Of a stretch of 64,000 nucleotides of DNA, positions 42,101 through 51,269 are shown one piece after another. Source of the stretch: an uncultured Candidatus Saccharibacteria bacterium (lineage in GTDB: Bacteria > Patescibacteriota > Minisyncoccia > Phycocordibacterales > JAKAEA01). The stretch is taken from the NCBI GenBank assembly GCA_964577595.1, contig CAZNZK010000001.1, forward strand, positions 1,434 through 65,433. Direction: 5' to 3'. The notes under the pieces were generated by a model that was not told where the DNA came from, did no database searches, and saw nothing but the letters and a program-made list of their open reading frames with translations. The translations under genes and the position numbers were made by a program. Every line of letters starts with the position of its first letter. Position 1 is the first letter of the stretch.

Positions 42101-45100
42101 GCAAGAAGCCAGTACTCCAGAATTAATGCTGGTTACGGCCGTTAGTGGCAACACACTCACGGTCTTCAGGAATTATCCAACGGGAGCTTACCCAACGGGT
42201 CGCTCCCAGCTCCTGAATAACGAAGTGTTGGATATCGTCGCACTTAATCAATTTAATTCCGATGCTACGCTTACGTGGGATAATATCAATAAGCGCTTGG
42301 GCGTTGGCACGACCACATTTAGTGGTAACACCATTTTGGCTATCGGCGGTGTAGCGGCCAATAACAATATTGGTTTGAGTCTGGAGGATGGAGGTGTCTC
42401 ACAAGGGTCACTCGTGCTTGATAACACTGATCAGGTTCTGCTTAGTGCTACGAACGGCTCAGGTTACAACAACATTATTCTTAGCGGTGCGAATATTACT
42501 CTGAATGGAGGCCTCAATTCTGCCACCCTTGATCAAAACGGCACCTTTAATGTCGGCGACCTAGTTGACGGTGGCCAAATCACCGTTGGCGGTGCTACGG
42601 GTGTTGGCGCAACGCTTACCGCAACCGAATTAACTTTGGGGGTTGACGATACAATTACTGCGAATGCTGGCTTTGATGGGGGGCTACTCTTTAATAACGA
42701 CAATACTACTGGTTATCAGTGGGAGTCTAATAATCTTTCCATCGCCACACTTGGTTCTACCGGCAATCTTGCCGCCTCTGGCACCATCGCCGTGCAGGGC
42801 ACTGGCACGAGCACGTTTGCTGGCGGCCTCGCCGCAAACATTTTTAACGCTACTTCTGCGACCGCAAGTTCCACCTTTGCCAACGGCATCAACTTAAAGA
42901 ATGGTTGCTACGCCATCAGTGGCGCTTGTATCGGCACCGGCGCGGCAACACTCACTGGCGGCGTGGCTGGCGCGCTCACGTATTGGACGGGTTCTGGCAC
43001 TGTGGGCGCCACCACATCGCCAACGTTTAATGCTTTCTATGCCACCTCAACCACGGCCACCTCCACCATCGCTGGTGCCCTCACTATTGGCTCGACCAAT
43101 ACCAACATCTACCCCAACGCGCCACTTATTCTGACAGGCAACGTCAATAATGCCAGCCAGTTTGTAATGCAAAATTTGAGCAATGGCAGCAATGCCTCGG
43201 CCGATTTGATCGTGGGTGCTGACCTCATGAACAACAGCTCGTATTACGGCGACCTTGGTTACAACAGCTCTGCTAACACTGCTAGCGCGTACACTGGCTT
43301 TGCCGCTAACGACCTCTATCTCTATTCCAGTGACAGTAATCTTGACTTGGCCGCCGCAAGCACTACCGGCCCCGCCAGTATCAACTTCCTCACGGGCGGC
43401 ACTTTGGCGGCGAATGTCCGCATGACCATTGGCAATACCGGTAACGTCGGCATCGGCACTACGAGCCCCTACGCCCGCCTCTCTGTGTGGGGAGCAAACG
43501 CTCTTTCCGGCAGTAATCTTTTCCTGCTTGCCAACAATGCTTCAACGACACTCTTCGCGGTTGATGGCGCCGGCAACGTAAACATTCCTGTGGCGACTGC
43601 CACCACCACTATCGCTGGCGGCTTTGATGTCGGCAACGGCTCGCTCCACTATGAATCGTCCACCGGTCAAACTAATATCAGCAATCTCCAGATAGGGGCT
43701 CTTTCATTCCCGAGCGATTCCGGTGTGCTCACTTGGGCCGACATGCCGGTGACCACGGCTTCAGCCATGGGCACGCTGGAAAGTTACAGTGCTAACATTG
43801 ATGGTAGTGTTCTTTTGACAATTGCGGCGCAGGCAGATGGCTTGGGCGGTATCCAAAACGCCGGTATCGGTATCGGTACGACGAGCCCGATGGCCACCTT
43901 AGCCGTTCAGGGGTTGACCGGTACCACAACGCCGTATCTTTTTGCCGTTGCTAGTTCCACGGGGCAAACATACTTAACTATTGATAATAACGGCACTACT
44001 ACAATTCGGGGAAACTTGGTTGTCTACGGTAATATCGTTCCAGGAAACACGGATACGTATAGTCTTGGTACGGCTTCTTCTACGACGGAATGGAAGAGTT
44101 TGTACGTGGCAACCTCAACGATTTATTTGGGTGGGACGGCCGTAAGTATCAGTAATGGTAGTTTGCTCGTGGGCGGTAATCCGGTGACTGGCGGCGGAGC
44201 CACCACTGAGAAATGGGCAACATCTACCGATCTCACCTCTATATATACCAATACCGCCACCAAAATTGGCATCGGCACGTCGTCGCCTTGGGCAACCCTA
44301 TCCATCACCGGTTCTTCCGATCTTGGTAACTTTGCTCAGGCTGGATACTTCACAGCAACAAGCACGACTGGCACTAGCTATTTCGCGGGCAAGGTTGGTG
44401 TTGCTTCCAGTACTCCTTACGCGAATCTCTCCGTTTCCAGTCTTTCTCAACAAGTTGGCACTTTGCCGCTCTTCCAGGTTGGTAGCACCACTAACGCTTC
44501 GCTCTTTAATGTTCTTGGCAACGGCAATGTCGGCATTGGCACCACTTCACCGTATTCATTCCTTTCAATTCAGACGCCATCCAGTTTTGCCGGTCAGATT
44601 ATTGATATCTCCACCAGTGCTGGCGCGTCACTTCTCCATCTAACGAACGCTGGTAATCTTGGCCTTGGCACCACTTCGCCGTGGAGCACCTTCTCCGTCA
44701 AAGGCTCTTCCGACCTCGGCAACTCCGCTTTGGCCGGCTACTTCACGGGCACCAGCACAGCAACCAGCACGTTCACCGGTGGCCTCGCCGCAAACATCTT
44801 CAACGCTACTTCTGCGACCGCCTCTTCCACCTTCGCCAACGGCATCAACCTTACGAACGGTTGCTACGCCATTGCGGGCACTTGTTCCACTATTGGTTCC
44901 GGCTCTGCTGGCTGGTTGTCATATTACGCCGGTACTGGCCAGGCGCTTACCGCCACCTCTTCCATCTTCCTTGCTACTAGCGGCAACGTTGGTGTCGGTT
45001 CTACCACGCCCTATGCCACGCTTTCCGTTTCCACCCCTGGCCAACAAATTGGCACCCTGCCGCTCTTCCAGGTCGCCTCAACCACCAAGGCCGCCATCTT

Positions 45101-46640
45101 CAGTGTCTTTGGCAACGGTCTTGTTGGCATCGGTAGTAGCACGCCATGGGCATCGCTCGGTATCTCTACACTCGCCCAGCAAGCTGGCACGCTGCCGCTC
45201 TTTAGTGTGGCTTCTACGACAGGCGCACAAATCTTCACGGTTACGGGCAACGGCACGTTTACCTATGGTGTCAACTCAACGTCCACCATTCCTAACAACA
45301 CTACTGGCGCTTGGATAATTTCTACCTCAACAGCCGCCAATGCCACACCGCTCTTTAGGATTGATACAACGACCAATGCTGAAAAAATTGTCCTCGGCAC
45401 AGCCTCGAGTAGCGACGTGATTATTGGCGATAACGGCATTTCACCCAACCTCGTCTTCTACAACAGTGGCACTATCAAGGGCTTTACCAGCGGCGGTTCA
45501 ACCATCACACTCGGTTCCGGCAACGACATCATCAACTCCGCGGTCAAATTCGGCATCGGTTCTACCAGCCCGTGGCGCGCACTTTCCGTTAACGGCACGG
45601 CCGCCTTTACCGGTCTTACATCTTCGGTTACTGGCACTGCGGTATGTATCGCCGCCGGCACGGGTGAGCTCTTGAACTCTGGCGGCTCTAGCTGTACGCC
45701 GTCATCAATTCGTTTCAAAGAAAACGTCAACACACTAAGTCCGGGCTTTGCTCTTAATGAGCTTGATGAATTACGCGTGGTCTCTTTTGATTACAAGCCC
45801 GGCGATTATCCTACGTGGGATAGCCCGCATTCTTACGGTATGATTGCTGAAGAGGTTCAGCAGATTGACCCAACCTTGGTAGATTATGGTAGCGATGGTC
45901 AGCCCTTCTCCTTGCGCTTTGAAAAAATCACCGGTCTTACTGTGCAAGCCATTCAGGAATTGAATTTGAATTTGGAGACAATCGCTTCCACTACTGCAAG
46001 CACGACGCCGGAATCACAAGGTTTTGCCAGCGCCTTCTTCGGTAATTTGTTCCACCAAATCAGCACCTGGCTGGCCAGCACCACTAACGGCATCAGCGAC
46101 CTCTATGCCACTGTCTTCCATAGTAATGAAGTAGATACTAACAAGCTTTGCGTTGGCACAACCTGCGTTACGCAACAGCAATTTATGGCGATGGTAAATG
46201 CTTCAGTCAATAATGGGGGAGGTTCGTCTGGTACCACTTTTAGCGGATCTAGCGTCGGCACCGGTAGTACAAGTGGAACAACGGGTGGCACTACTACGAC
46301 AGCTGGCACCACAACCACGGCCACGAGTACCGACACAACCACGAGTTCGGGTACTGGTTCGGACACGGCCACAACCACTCCCGTGACCACGACAGGTGGG
46401 GGTGATTCTGGCACGACATCCGCCACAACAACCGATACTACAACTAACACAACAACCGGCGACACGAATACTAATCCGGCTACGCCGACTACCGATACAA
46501 CCACCACAAGCACCGACACCACATCCACCACTAATACAACCAGCTCAACTGACACCACGAGCGCAACCGATGCGTCCACACCAGCGCCAACAACTCCCGC
46601 GCCCAGTTCTGACACAACGAGCCCAACCACGACACCATAA
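39114..46640 (+). CDS. Giant secreted tail-fibre-like adhesin (2508 aa) with peptidase S74-type intramolecular chaperone domain
   Basis: Signal peptide; INYQGKL N-domain; many GNVGIGTTSP repeats; SSIRFKENV..YGMIAEEV..AIQEL; Thr-rich tail. Confidence 0.85.
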   Translation: MFSRNNQPNKIFKTTLVVLAVLVAAVTLSLASFFTVARAAINPEINYQGKLTTNTGTLVPNGSYNVEFKLYTNTGTNIWTEDDLVFNSQGVSITSGLFSIMLGSTTAFTGVNWNQTLYLGVNIGSTTTSPTWDGEMTPRKILGTVPAAFVAQTLNGLSSSEFMRSDATNSTSTASTFFSVTQSGAGDIADFIGQNSAPVLYLQSGGSVGIGTSSPWTALSVKGASDLGNFAQAGYFVGTTTATSTLAGGLQALALNITSSTASSTFGNGINLAKGCFSVAGTCLTQSANYWTSAGGNIYNNTGTNVGIGTTTPNWNLQVAGQSPVIALTDTGAPANQQHWFLESQNGGFTIGTSSNNLSATTTYLRFDNTASRNNTAVGFTALSAVTTGSANVALGYQAGQAVTGAFDQTLVGYQAGYNTTNNTSQQNTFLGYQSGFNNTTGAYNTAVGSAAFAAGSTGSYNVLVGASAGYGFATSGSNSNNVIIGYNAVGGAAAASTGNDTVVGYQAGYTLNGGNNNTLYGFQTGYGLSSGANNIFLGYQTASTTSSGSNNIAIGYNINLPSVNGSNQLNIGNILYGTGLTGSLTTSAGAIGVGTSSPWATLSVQGPAQSTSPLFAIGSTTNATLFAILANGFVGIGTSTPASELAVSGNVSIKETANNNNWLTLYNAIGSTTGIIRENSGSGSGGISIQGFRSGGNGQALAFYGKVLKDDGTEVAGSLFDVMQGTTAVGTTGNNVTNTPIAAFCNNYEGGLFSATTTCKVIFSAAGNVGIGTTSPWTTLSVNGSSDLGNFAQAGYFIGTTTATSTLAGGLQALALNITSTTASSTFANGINLAKGCYAIGGSCLNVNNFWTSLSGNIYNNTGTNVGIGTSTPNASLFVTTAGQQNGSSPLFTVASTTGASLFTVLANGNVGVGTSSPYGALGMNGTVDATAFIGNGAGLTQLTAAGSLGGIQFNDTLILNSDTINQPGINDSSYNVTSFVVAHGSRFSIGNIVKQEASTPELMLVTAVSGNTLTVFRNYPTGAYPTGRSQLLNNEVLDIVALNQFNSDATLTWDNINKRLGVGTTTFSGNTILAIGGVAANNNIGLSLEDGGVSQGSLVLDNTDQVLLSATNGSGYNNIILSGANITLNGGLNSATLDQNGTFNVGDLVDGGQITVGGATGVGATLTATELTLGVDDTITANAGFDGGLLFNNDNTTGYQWESNNLSIATLGSTGNLAASGTIAVQGTGTSTFAGGLAANIFNATSATASSTFANGINLKNGCYAISGACIGTGAATLTGGVAGALTYWTGSGTVGATTSPTFNAFYATSTTATSTIAGALTIGSTNTNIYPNAPLILTGNVNNASQFVMQNLSNGSNASADLIVGADLMNNSSYYGDLGYNSSANTASAYTGFAANDLYLYSSDSNLDLAAASTTGPASINFLTGGTLAANVRMTIGNTGNVGIGTTSPYARLSVWGANALSGSNLFLLANNASTTLFAVDGAGNVNIPVATATTTIAGGFDVGNGSLHYESSTGQTNISNLQIGALSFPSDSGVLTWADMPVTTASAMGTLESYSANIDGSVLLTIAAQADGLGGIQNAGIGIGTTSPMATLAVQGLTGTTTPYLFAVASSTGQTYLTIDNNGTTTIRGNLVVYGNIVPGNTDTYSLGTASSTTEWKSLYVATSTIYLGGTAVSISNGSLLVGGNPVTGGGATTEKWATSTDLTSIYTNTATKIGIGTSSPWATLSITGSSDLGNFAQAGYFTATSTTGTSYFAGKVGVASSTPYANLSVSSLSQQVGTLPLFQVGSTTNASLFNVLGNGNVGIGTTSPYSFLSIQTPSSFAGQIIDISTSAGASLLHLTNAGNLGLGTTSPWSTFSVKGSSDLGNSALAGYFTGTSTATSTFTGGLAANIFNATSATASSTFANGINLTNGCYAIAGTCSTIGSGSAGWLSYYAGTGQALTATSSIFLATSGNVGVGSTTPYATLSVSTPGQQIGTLPLFQVASTTKAAIFSVFGNGLVGIGSSTPWASLGISTLAQQAGTLPLFSVASTTGAQIFTVTGNGTFTYGVNSTSTIPNNTTGAWIISTSTAANATPLFRIDTTTNAEKIVLGTASSSDVIIGDNGISPNLVFYNSGTIKGFTSGGSTITLGSGNDIINSAVKFGIGSTSPWRALSVNGTAAFTGLTSSVTGTAVCIAAGTGELLNSGGSSCTPSSIRFKENVNTLSPGFALNELDELRVVSFDYKPGDYPTWDSPHSYGMIAEEVQQIDPTLVDYGSDGQPFSLRFEKITGLTVQAIQELNLNLETIASTTASTTPESQGFASAFFGNLFHQISTWLASTTNGISDLYATVFHSNEVDTNKLCVGTTCVTQQQFMAMVNASVNNGGGSSGTTFSGSSVGTGSTSGTTGGTTTTAGTTTTATSTDTTTSSGTGSDTATTTPVTTTGGGDSGTTSATTTDTTTNTTTGDTNTNPATPTTDTTTTSTDTTSTTNTTSSTDTTSATDASTPAPTTPAPSSDTTSPTTTP

Positions 46641-47701
46641 TGTTAAAAACACCCACAATAAAAAAAATAAACCGGTGCCTGACCCCCATTCTTATTTTCG
46701 TTATACTTTTTTCGTTTCCAGGCGTGCTTGAAGCGGCGGCTATCAACGGCTACACGGTTGTATTTATAACCAACGGCACCACGAGTTGGGTGCCCCGTAG
46801 TGATTGGAACCCGGCTTCAAATACGGTGGAGCTTATTGCCGGCGGCGGCGCGGGGGCGAGTGGGTTAAACGCCACAAGCTCCACTGCGTCCCCGGGTGGC
46901 GGTGGTGGTGCGGGAGGCGCGTACGTTAAACTTTCCAACGTTAGTTTGGTTGTTGGCGACGTGGTGCAAATGTCCGTGGGCGCGGGCGGAGCCACGAGCA
47001 CGCTTACCTCAACGGCCGGCGGCGACACGTGGTTTTGGTCAAACACTTTTGCGCTCGCCAAAGGTGGCGGTGGAGCCTCAACGACCAGTAACTATGATGG
47101 CGGTGCCACCACGACTGGTTCGCTTGGTCCAATAATAAAAAACGGAGGCTATGGTGGCGGTAGTGGCGGTGTTGGTGGCTCTACGTGTACGGCAAGTGGC
47201 GGTGGCGGTGGCGGCGGCGGCGCGGCGGGGCCGGACAAGTCGGGTGTGGCTGCGGCCACGAGCACAGCCAGCACGTGTACCACAACAAACACTGCCGGCA
47301 CTGTCGGCGGCACTGCTGATGGTGCAATAGTTGCCGGCGGCACAGCTGGCGCGGCGGGAGGTGCTGGTGCAATTGGTGGTAAAGGCGGTGCTGGTACTGC
47401 TGGAAGTATGTACACAGCCAACCCTGTTGGCACAACGGGCGGCTCAGGAAGCGGCGGCGGCGGGGGAGGCGGTGCTAAAAGTACATTTGCCGGCGGTGGC
47501 GGAGGCTTGGCCGGTAACTATGGTGGCGGTGGCGGTGGAGGTGGGGGTGCAGGAGGCACTGCCGCAACTAAAGGCGGCCCTGGCGCCAACGGCGCTCCTG
47601 GCCTTATTGTTATCAGTTTTACTGAATTAGCTAGCACTACTGCGCGGCGAATCCGCTTGCTCGGCGGTGTTACATTTTTAGGTGGCGTCCGGCTTTACTA
47701 A
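46640..47701 (+). CDS. Secreted glycine-rich (polyglycine) protein
   Basis: TAATG overlap with upstream gene; signal peptide; VELIAGGGAG..GGGGGAGGAY..VGAGG; long Gly runs. Confidence 0.8.
   Translation: MLKTPTIKKINRCLTPILIFVILFSFPGVLEAAAINGYTVVFITNGTTSWVPRSDWNPASNTVELIAGGGAGASGLNATSSTASPGGGGGAGGAYVKLSNVSLVVGDVVQMSVGAGGATSTLTSTAGGDTWFWSNTFALAKGGGGASTTSNYDGGATTTGSLGPIIKNGGYGGGSGGVGGSTCTASGGGGGGGGAAGPDKSGVAAATSTASTCTTTNTAGTVGGTADGAIVAGGTAGAAGGAGAIGGKGGAGTAGSMYTANPVGTTGGSGSGGGGGGGAKSTFAGGGGGLAGNYGGGGGGGGGAGGTAATKGGPGANGAPGLIVISFTELASTTARRIRLLGGVTFLGGVRLY
46670..46686 (-). repeat. REP-like arm inside a coding sequence (translated NRCLTP)
   Basis: AACCGGTGCCTGACCCC is the reverse complement of 5409-5425. 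Confidence 0.75.
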
Positions 47702-47718
47702 AAACACTTTATATATAC

Positions 47719-48321
47719 ATGCAACGCCGAACTCTCTTTCTTTCCATAATAGCCATCTGCTTGGTTGCGTTGGCACTTGTCGCGATATTCTTTATATATG
47801 TATATCATCACGCCGATCCAGAATCTCTTGCACGTGTTGACGTGCCTGGCCCTGCCGTTCCCACTAGCCCCATGATTGCTGAAACTCTGCCTGATGGCCA
47901 GAAATCCTATGTCAATAAGTACTATCATTTCTCGCTAGTATATCCACCCGATCTTGCTCTTACGGAATATGCTGAAGCCGGCGGCGGTCGCACTATCGTT
48001 TTTCAGGAAAACCCGGCCACTAATACGCCTATTTCAGCCCAGAAAAATCTCAACGGTTTCCAAATTTTCATCATTCCCTATGCCGACTCGGAGCTTTCCG
48101 ATGCCCGTTTCAAGATGGATGAACCCTCCGGCATTCATGATGACCCGCAGAATGTCGTCATTGGCGGTGTCACCGGCACTATTTTTTACGGCCGCAACTC
48201 CATCATGGGGGACACGCGCGAGCTCTGGATAATCCACGGTGGTTTTCTCTATGAAATCACCACATATAAGCCCCTGGATTCTTGGCTCGCTGGTATAATG
48301 AGCACCTGGAAATTCCTATAA
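47719..48321 (+). CDS. Membrane-anchored protein, possible PsbP/Mog1-like fold
   Basis: N-terminal TM; YVNKYYHFSLVYP; IMSTWKF ending. Confidence 0.65.
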   Translation: MQRRTLFLSIIAICLVALALVAIFFIYVYHHADPESLARVDVPGPAVPTSPMIAETLPDGQKSYVNKYYHFSLVYPPDLALTEYAEAGGGRTIVFQENPATNTPISAQKNLNGFQIFIIPYADSELSDARFKMDEPSGIHDDPQNVVIGGVTGTIFYGRNSIMGDTRELWIIHGGFLYEITTYKPLDSWLAGIMSTWKFL

Positions 48322-48322
48322 A

Positions 48323-50533
48323 ATGAAAAAATATTTCTCAAAAATTTCTATAGTGCCCGCCATCTTCATTGTTGTGGCTTGCGTCGCGCCGCAGGCCGCC
48401 AAGGCTGCGGTTATTCAGGCGCCAATTTCTCTCGGCACCCTCGGTAATGGTCTTGTTGACTACTACACTATGGATGGCGTGAATATCAACTGGGGTACTG
48501 GCGTGGTTGCTGATAATTCTAATCATGGTAACACTGGCATTGTGACTAATATGGGCACGACGACGTCGCCTGTGGCAGGGAAGGTTGGGCAAGCGCTTAC
48601 TTTTAATGGTACGAATCAATACGTGAATGCTTCGGGAATACCATCGGTCAGTAACCCGCTTACTGTTGCCGTTTGGATTAATCCATCAGCACTTTCCCAA
48701 TCAAGTTTTAGCGCTGGCTCCGGAGGCACTATTATTGATGAAAATGAAGGCGGCGGAACCAGTGGTTGGGTTCTTGGTGTAAAAAATAATAACACCGTCT
48801 GGTTCTGGCCTTCTTCTGGTAATGATAAATACAGCACGGCGACCATTCCACTTAATACTTGGACGCATGTGGTGATAACCTACGATGGCACCAATATCCG
48901 TTTTTATATTAACGGTGGGCTTGATAGCACTCAGGTCATGTCTGCTCCCCAGGGGTCGGCCACCTTTTTCCGGGTAGGCGGAAAATCGTGGATAACGGGC
49001 TATTGGAAGGGTGGTTTGGACGATGTGCGTATCTATAATCGGGCGCTTTCAACTGCCGAGGCAAAACAGCTCTATGGTCTTGGTACCAGTAAAACTAACG
49101 CCGTCTCTTCGGCGAGTCCTTTGGCTAGCGGCTTGATTGGTTACTACACCCTAGACACCGCGAATATTAATTGGGGTACCGGCGCTGTCGCCGATAGTTC
49201 TGGTAATGGTCACACGGGCACAGTGACCAACTTAAGCACGCCAGCTTCAGTCGTGACGGGGCAGATCGGGCAGGGAATCTCATTTACCGGTAGTAATCAA
49301 TATATTGACACTACCAACTATGCCGACAATCCCAGCAATCTTTCTGTTGCTGGGTGGTTTAAATCCGGTGGAGATCAGACTCATAGTTTCTTGGTTGACA
49401 AAATGAGTAATTTTGGCAACGGGGCGGGTTGGACAGTGTATTTCAACCAAATATCCGGCGGAATGGAAATAGGTTTTGTAACTCAGGAAGCCGGCGGGAG
49501 TAATTGGGAGCAATACCAAAATCATTCTGATATTCCCGCTGATGGGCTATGGCACCATTTTGTGGCAACTCTCAGCGGTGGTCCTGGTAATGGAGGTATC
49601 ATTCTCATTTATATCGATGGATCGAGTGTGTCGCTGGACAATCTCAGTCGTGGAACATTTACCACTATAACTACCGCTGTCAATGTTAGAATGGGTAATG
49701 ACAGTGATGTAGAAAAGCAATTTATTGGTTCTCTCGATGATGTCCGTGTGTATAATCGCACTCTTTCTGCCACTGAGGTGAGTCAGCTTTATGCGCTTAC
49801 AACCAATACTGCTATCACGAAAGCGGCACCGGTGTACCTCAACACGTCATTAACGGGCGTGGGTGGCACGTTGACCCGCGGCCTTGTTGGTTATTGGACA
49901 ATGGACGGCGCAAATATTAATTGGAAAACTGCTGCAGTCGCTGATAACTCTGGCTATAGCAATGTTGGTGCGATGGTTACTATGAGCACGAGCACATCGC
50001 CTGTGGCAGGGAAAATTGGCCAGGCACTTAATTTCGTAAAATCTTTTTCACAGTATGTGAGTGTTCCTAGTAGCGTGATTACTCCACTCGTGACCACTGG
50101 CCTGGCCTCGGTTGCTTTTTGGATGAAGCCGGCGACGCTCGCGAGCTATTCTGCGCCTTTTGATTGCGGTCAAAGCGGCACATCTCGTCAGCTCAGTATG
50201 CTTATTAATAGCGCCGGTGGCGGCACCGTGGCCGCCAAAGGTGTTGCTGGTGCCGCCGCCACCTATTCTCCCGCTTGGACAATCGGTCAATGGCAGTTTG
50301 TAGTCATGACTGTTGATGCGACGAATTTCAAAACATATAAAAACGGCGTGCTCAACAGCACTACGGCTGGTGCGATTGGTTCTGGTTTTACCGACACCAG
50401 CGCCATTTGCCAGGTAGGAGGTAATCCCAGTGGCGGGGGTTCTAGTTTTGACGGTTCCATTGACGACGTTCGCGTCTATAACCGCGTACTCACCGCAGGC
50501 GAAATCACCCAGCTCTACAATCTCAGCAAATAA
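48323..50533 (+). CDS. Secreted protein with three LamG/concanavalin-like domains
   Basis: Three GL.GY.T.D.ANINW ... DDVR.YNR.L modules. Confidence 0.88.
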   Translation: MKKYFSKISIVPAIFIVVACVAPQAAKAAVIQAPISLGTLGNGLVDYYTMDGVNINWGTGVVADNSNHGNTGIVTNMGTTTSPVAGKVGQALTFNGTNQYVNASGIPSVSNPLTVAVWINPSALSQSSFSAGSGGTIIDENEGGGTSGWVLGVKNNNTVWFWPSSGNDKYSTATIPLNTWTHVVITYDGTNIRFYINGGLDSTQVMSAPQGSATFFRVGGKSWITGYWKGGLDDVRIYNRALSTAEAKQLYGLGTSKTNAVSSASPLASGLIGYYTLDTANINWGTGAVADSSGNGHTGTVTNLSTPASVVTGQIGQGISFTGSNQYIDTTNYADNPSNLSVAGWFKSGGDQTHSFLVDKMSNFGNGAGWTVYFNQISGGMEIGFVTQEAGGSNWEQYQNHSDIPADGLWHHFVATLSGGPGNGGIILIYIDGSSVSLDNLSRGTFTTITTAVNVRMGNDSDVEKQFIGSLDDVRVYNRTLSATEVSQLYALTTNTAITKAAPVYLNTSLTGVGGTLTRGLVGYWTMDGANINWKTAAVADNSGYSNVGAMVTMSTSTSPVAGKIGQALNFVKSFSQYVSVPSSVITPLVTTGLASVAFWMKPATLASYSAPFDCGQSGTSRQLSMLINSAGGGTVAAKGVAGAAATYSPAWTIGQWQFVVMTVDATNFKTYKNGVLNSTTAGAIGSGFTDTSAICQVGGNPSGGGSSFDGSIDDVRVYNRVLTAGEITQLYNLSK

Positions 50534-50685
50534 GAACAGGACATTTTTTGCTTTTACTTTTCCGCGCCGCTATGCTAGTATCCTAGTAATCGTACGTTCT
50601 CGTTTCAAGCCGCGTCACTAGTTGAGTTGTTGGCCAAGAGGGGTCGGATACGATTGATTACTGTAAACAAATTTTCTGAAGTTAT

Positions 50686-50982
50686 ATGGCTAAAAAGTTA
50701 TACGTTGGTGGCTTGCCTTACAGCACTACGGAACAAGGTCTTCGCGATGTCTTCGCTAAGTATGGCGAAGTAACCGCATCCTCCATTATTATGGACAAGA
50801 TGACGGGCCGCTCGCGCGGTTTTGGTTTCGTTGAGCTTGAAGACGCCGGTGCCGACAAGGCCGTTGCCGAAATGAACGGTGCCCAATTTGAGGGCCGCCG
50901 CCTTACGGTCAACGAAGCTCGCCCCATGGTGCCTCGCGATGAATTTCGCCCGCGCTCTCCTCGTGGTGCTCAGCAGTTCTAG
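50686..50982 (+). CDS. RRM RNA-binding protein
   Basis: LYVGGL (RNP2), RGFGFVEL (RNP1), LTVNEARP. Confidence 0.95.
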   Translation: MAKKLYVGGLPYSTTEQGLRDVFAKYGEVTASSIIMDKMTGRSRGFGFVELEDAGADKAVAEMNGAQFEGRRLTVNEARPMVPRDEFRPRSPRGAQQF

Positions 50983-51026
50983 GTTGATAGGCAGTTTTAG
51001 TCCGACCTCACTACTACGGTAGTGCG

Positions 51027-51055
51027 AAAAATCCCCGAGCAATTGGGGATTTTTT
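51027..51055. terminator. Bidirectional intrinsic terminator
   Basis: AAAAATCCCC-loop-GGGGATTTTTT. Confidence 0.8.
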
Positions 51056-51065
51056 GTTGCGGGAA

Positions 51066-51269
51066 TTAAAAATTATTTCTTTTATCCAGAGTCCTTACCT
51101 GAGTGTCGTATTTAGTACCCGCAACTTTCCATTTTTCCTTAAGGTCTCTAAAATTTTTGGCAATCCTCTTTTTAAAGGTCACATCTCTATCTCCTTTAGT
51201 GTTATTAAATCGCTTGTCTGTCATTTTATAAAGCTCAAGTATTGTATATTCTTTTTTCTTCATGTCCAT
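51066..51269 (-). CDS. Small basic hypothetical protein
   Basis: 67-aa Lys-rich ORF in an AT-rich patch; minus-strand TATACT near 51301-51306; ends at the terminator. Confidence 0.4.
   Translation of the reverse strand: MDMKKKEYTILELYKMTDKRFNNTKGDRDVTFKKRIAKNFRDLKEKWKVAGTKYDTQVRTLDKRNNF

Noticed and set aside
38680-50533. Prophage (excisionase-like HTH, tail-fibre-like and Gly-rich genes)
   Set aside because: No integrase, terminase, capsid or portal genes; the proteins have signal peptides or TM anchors
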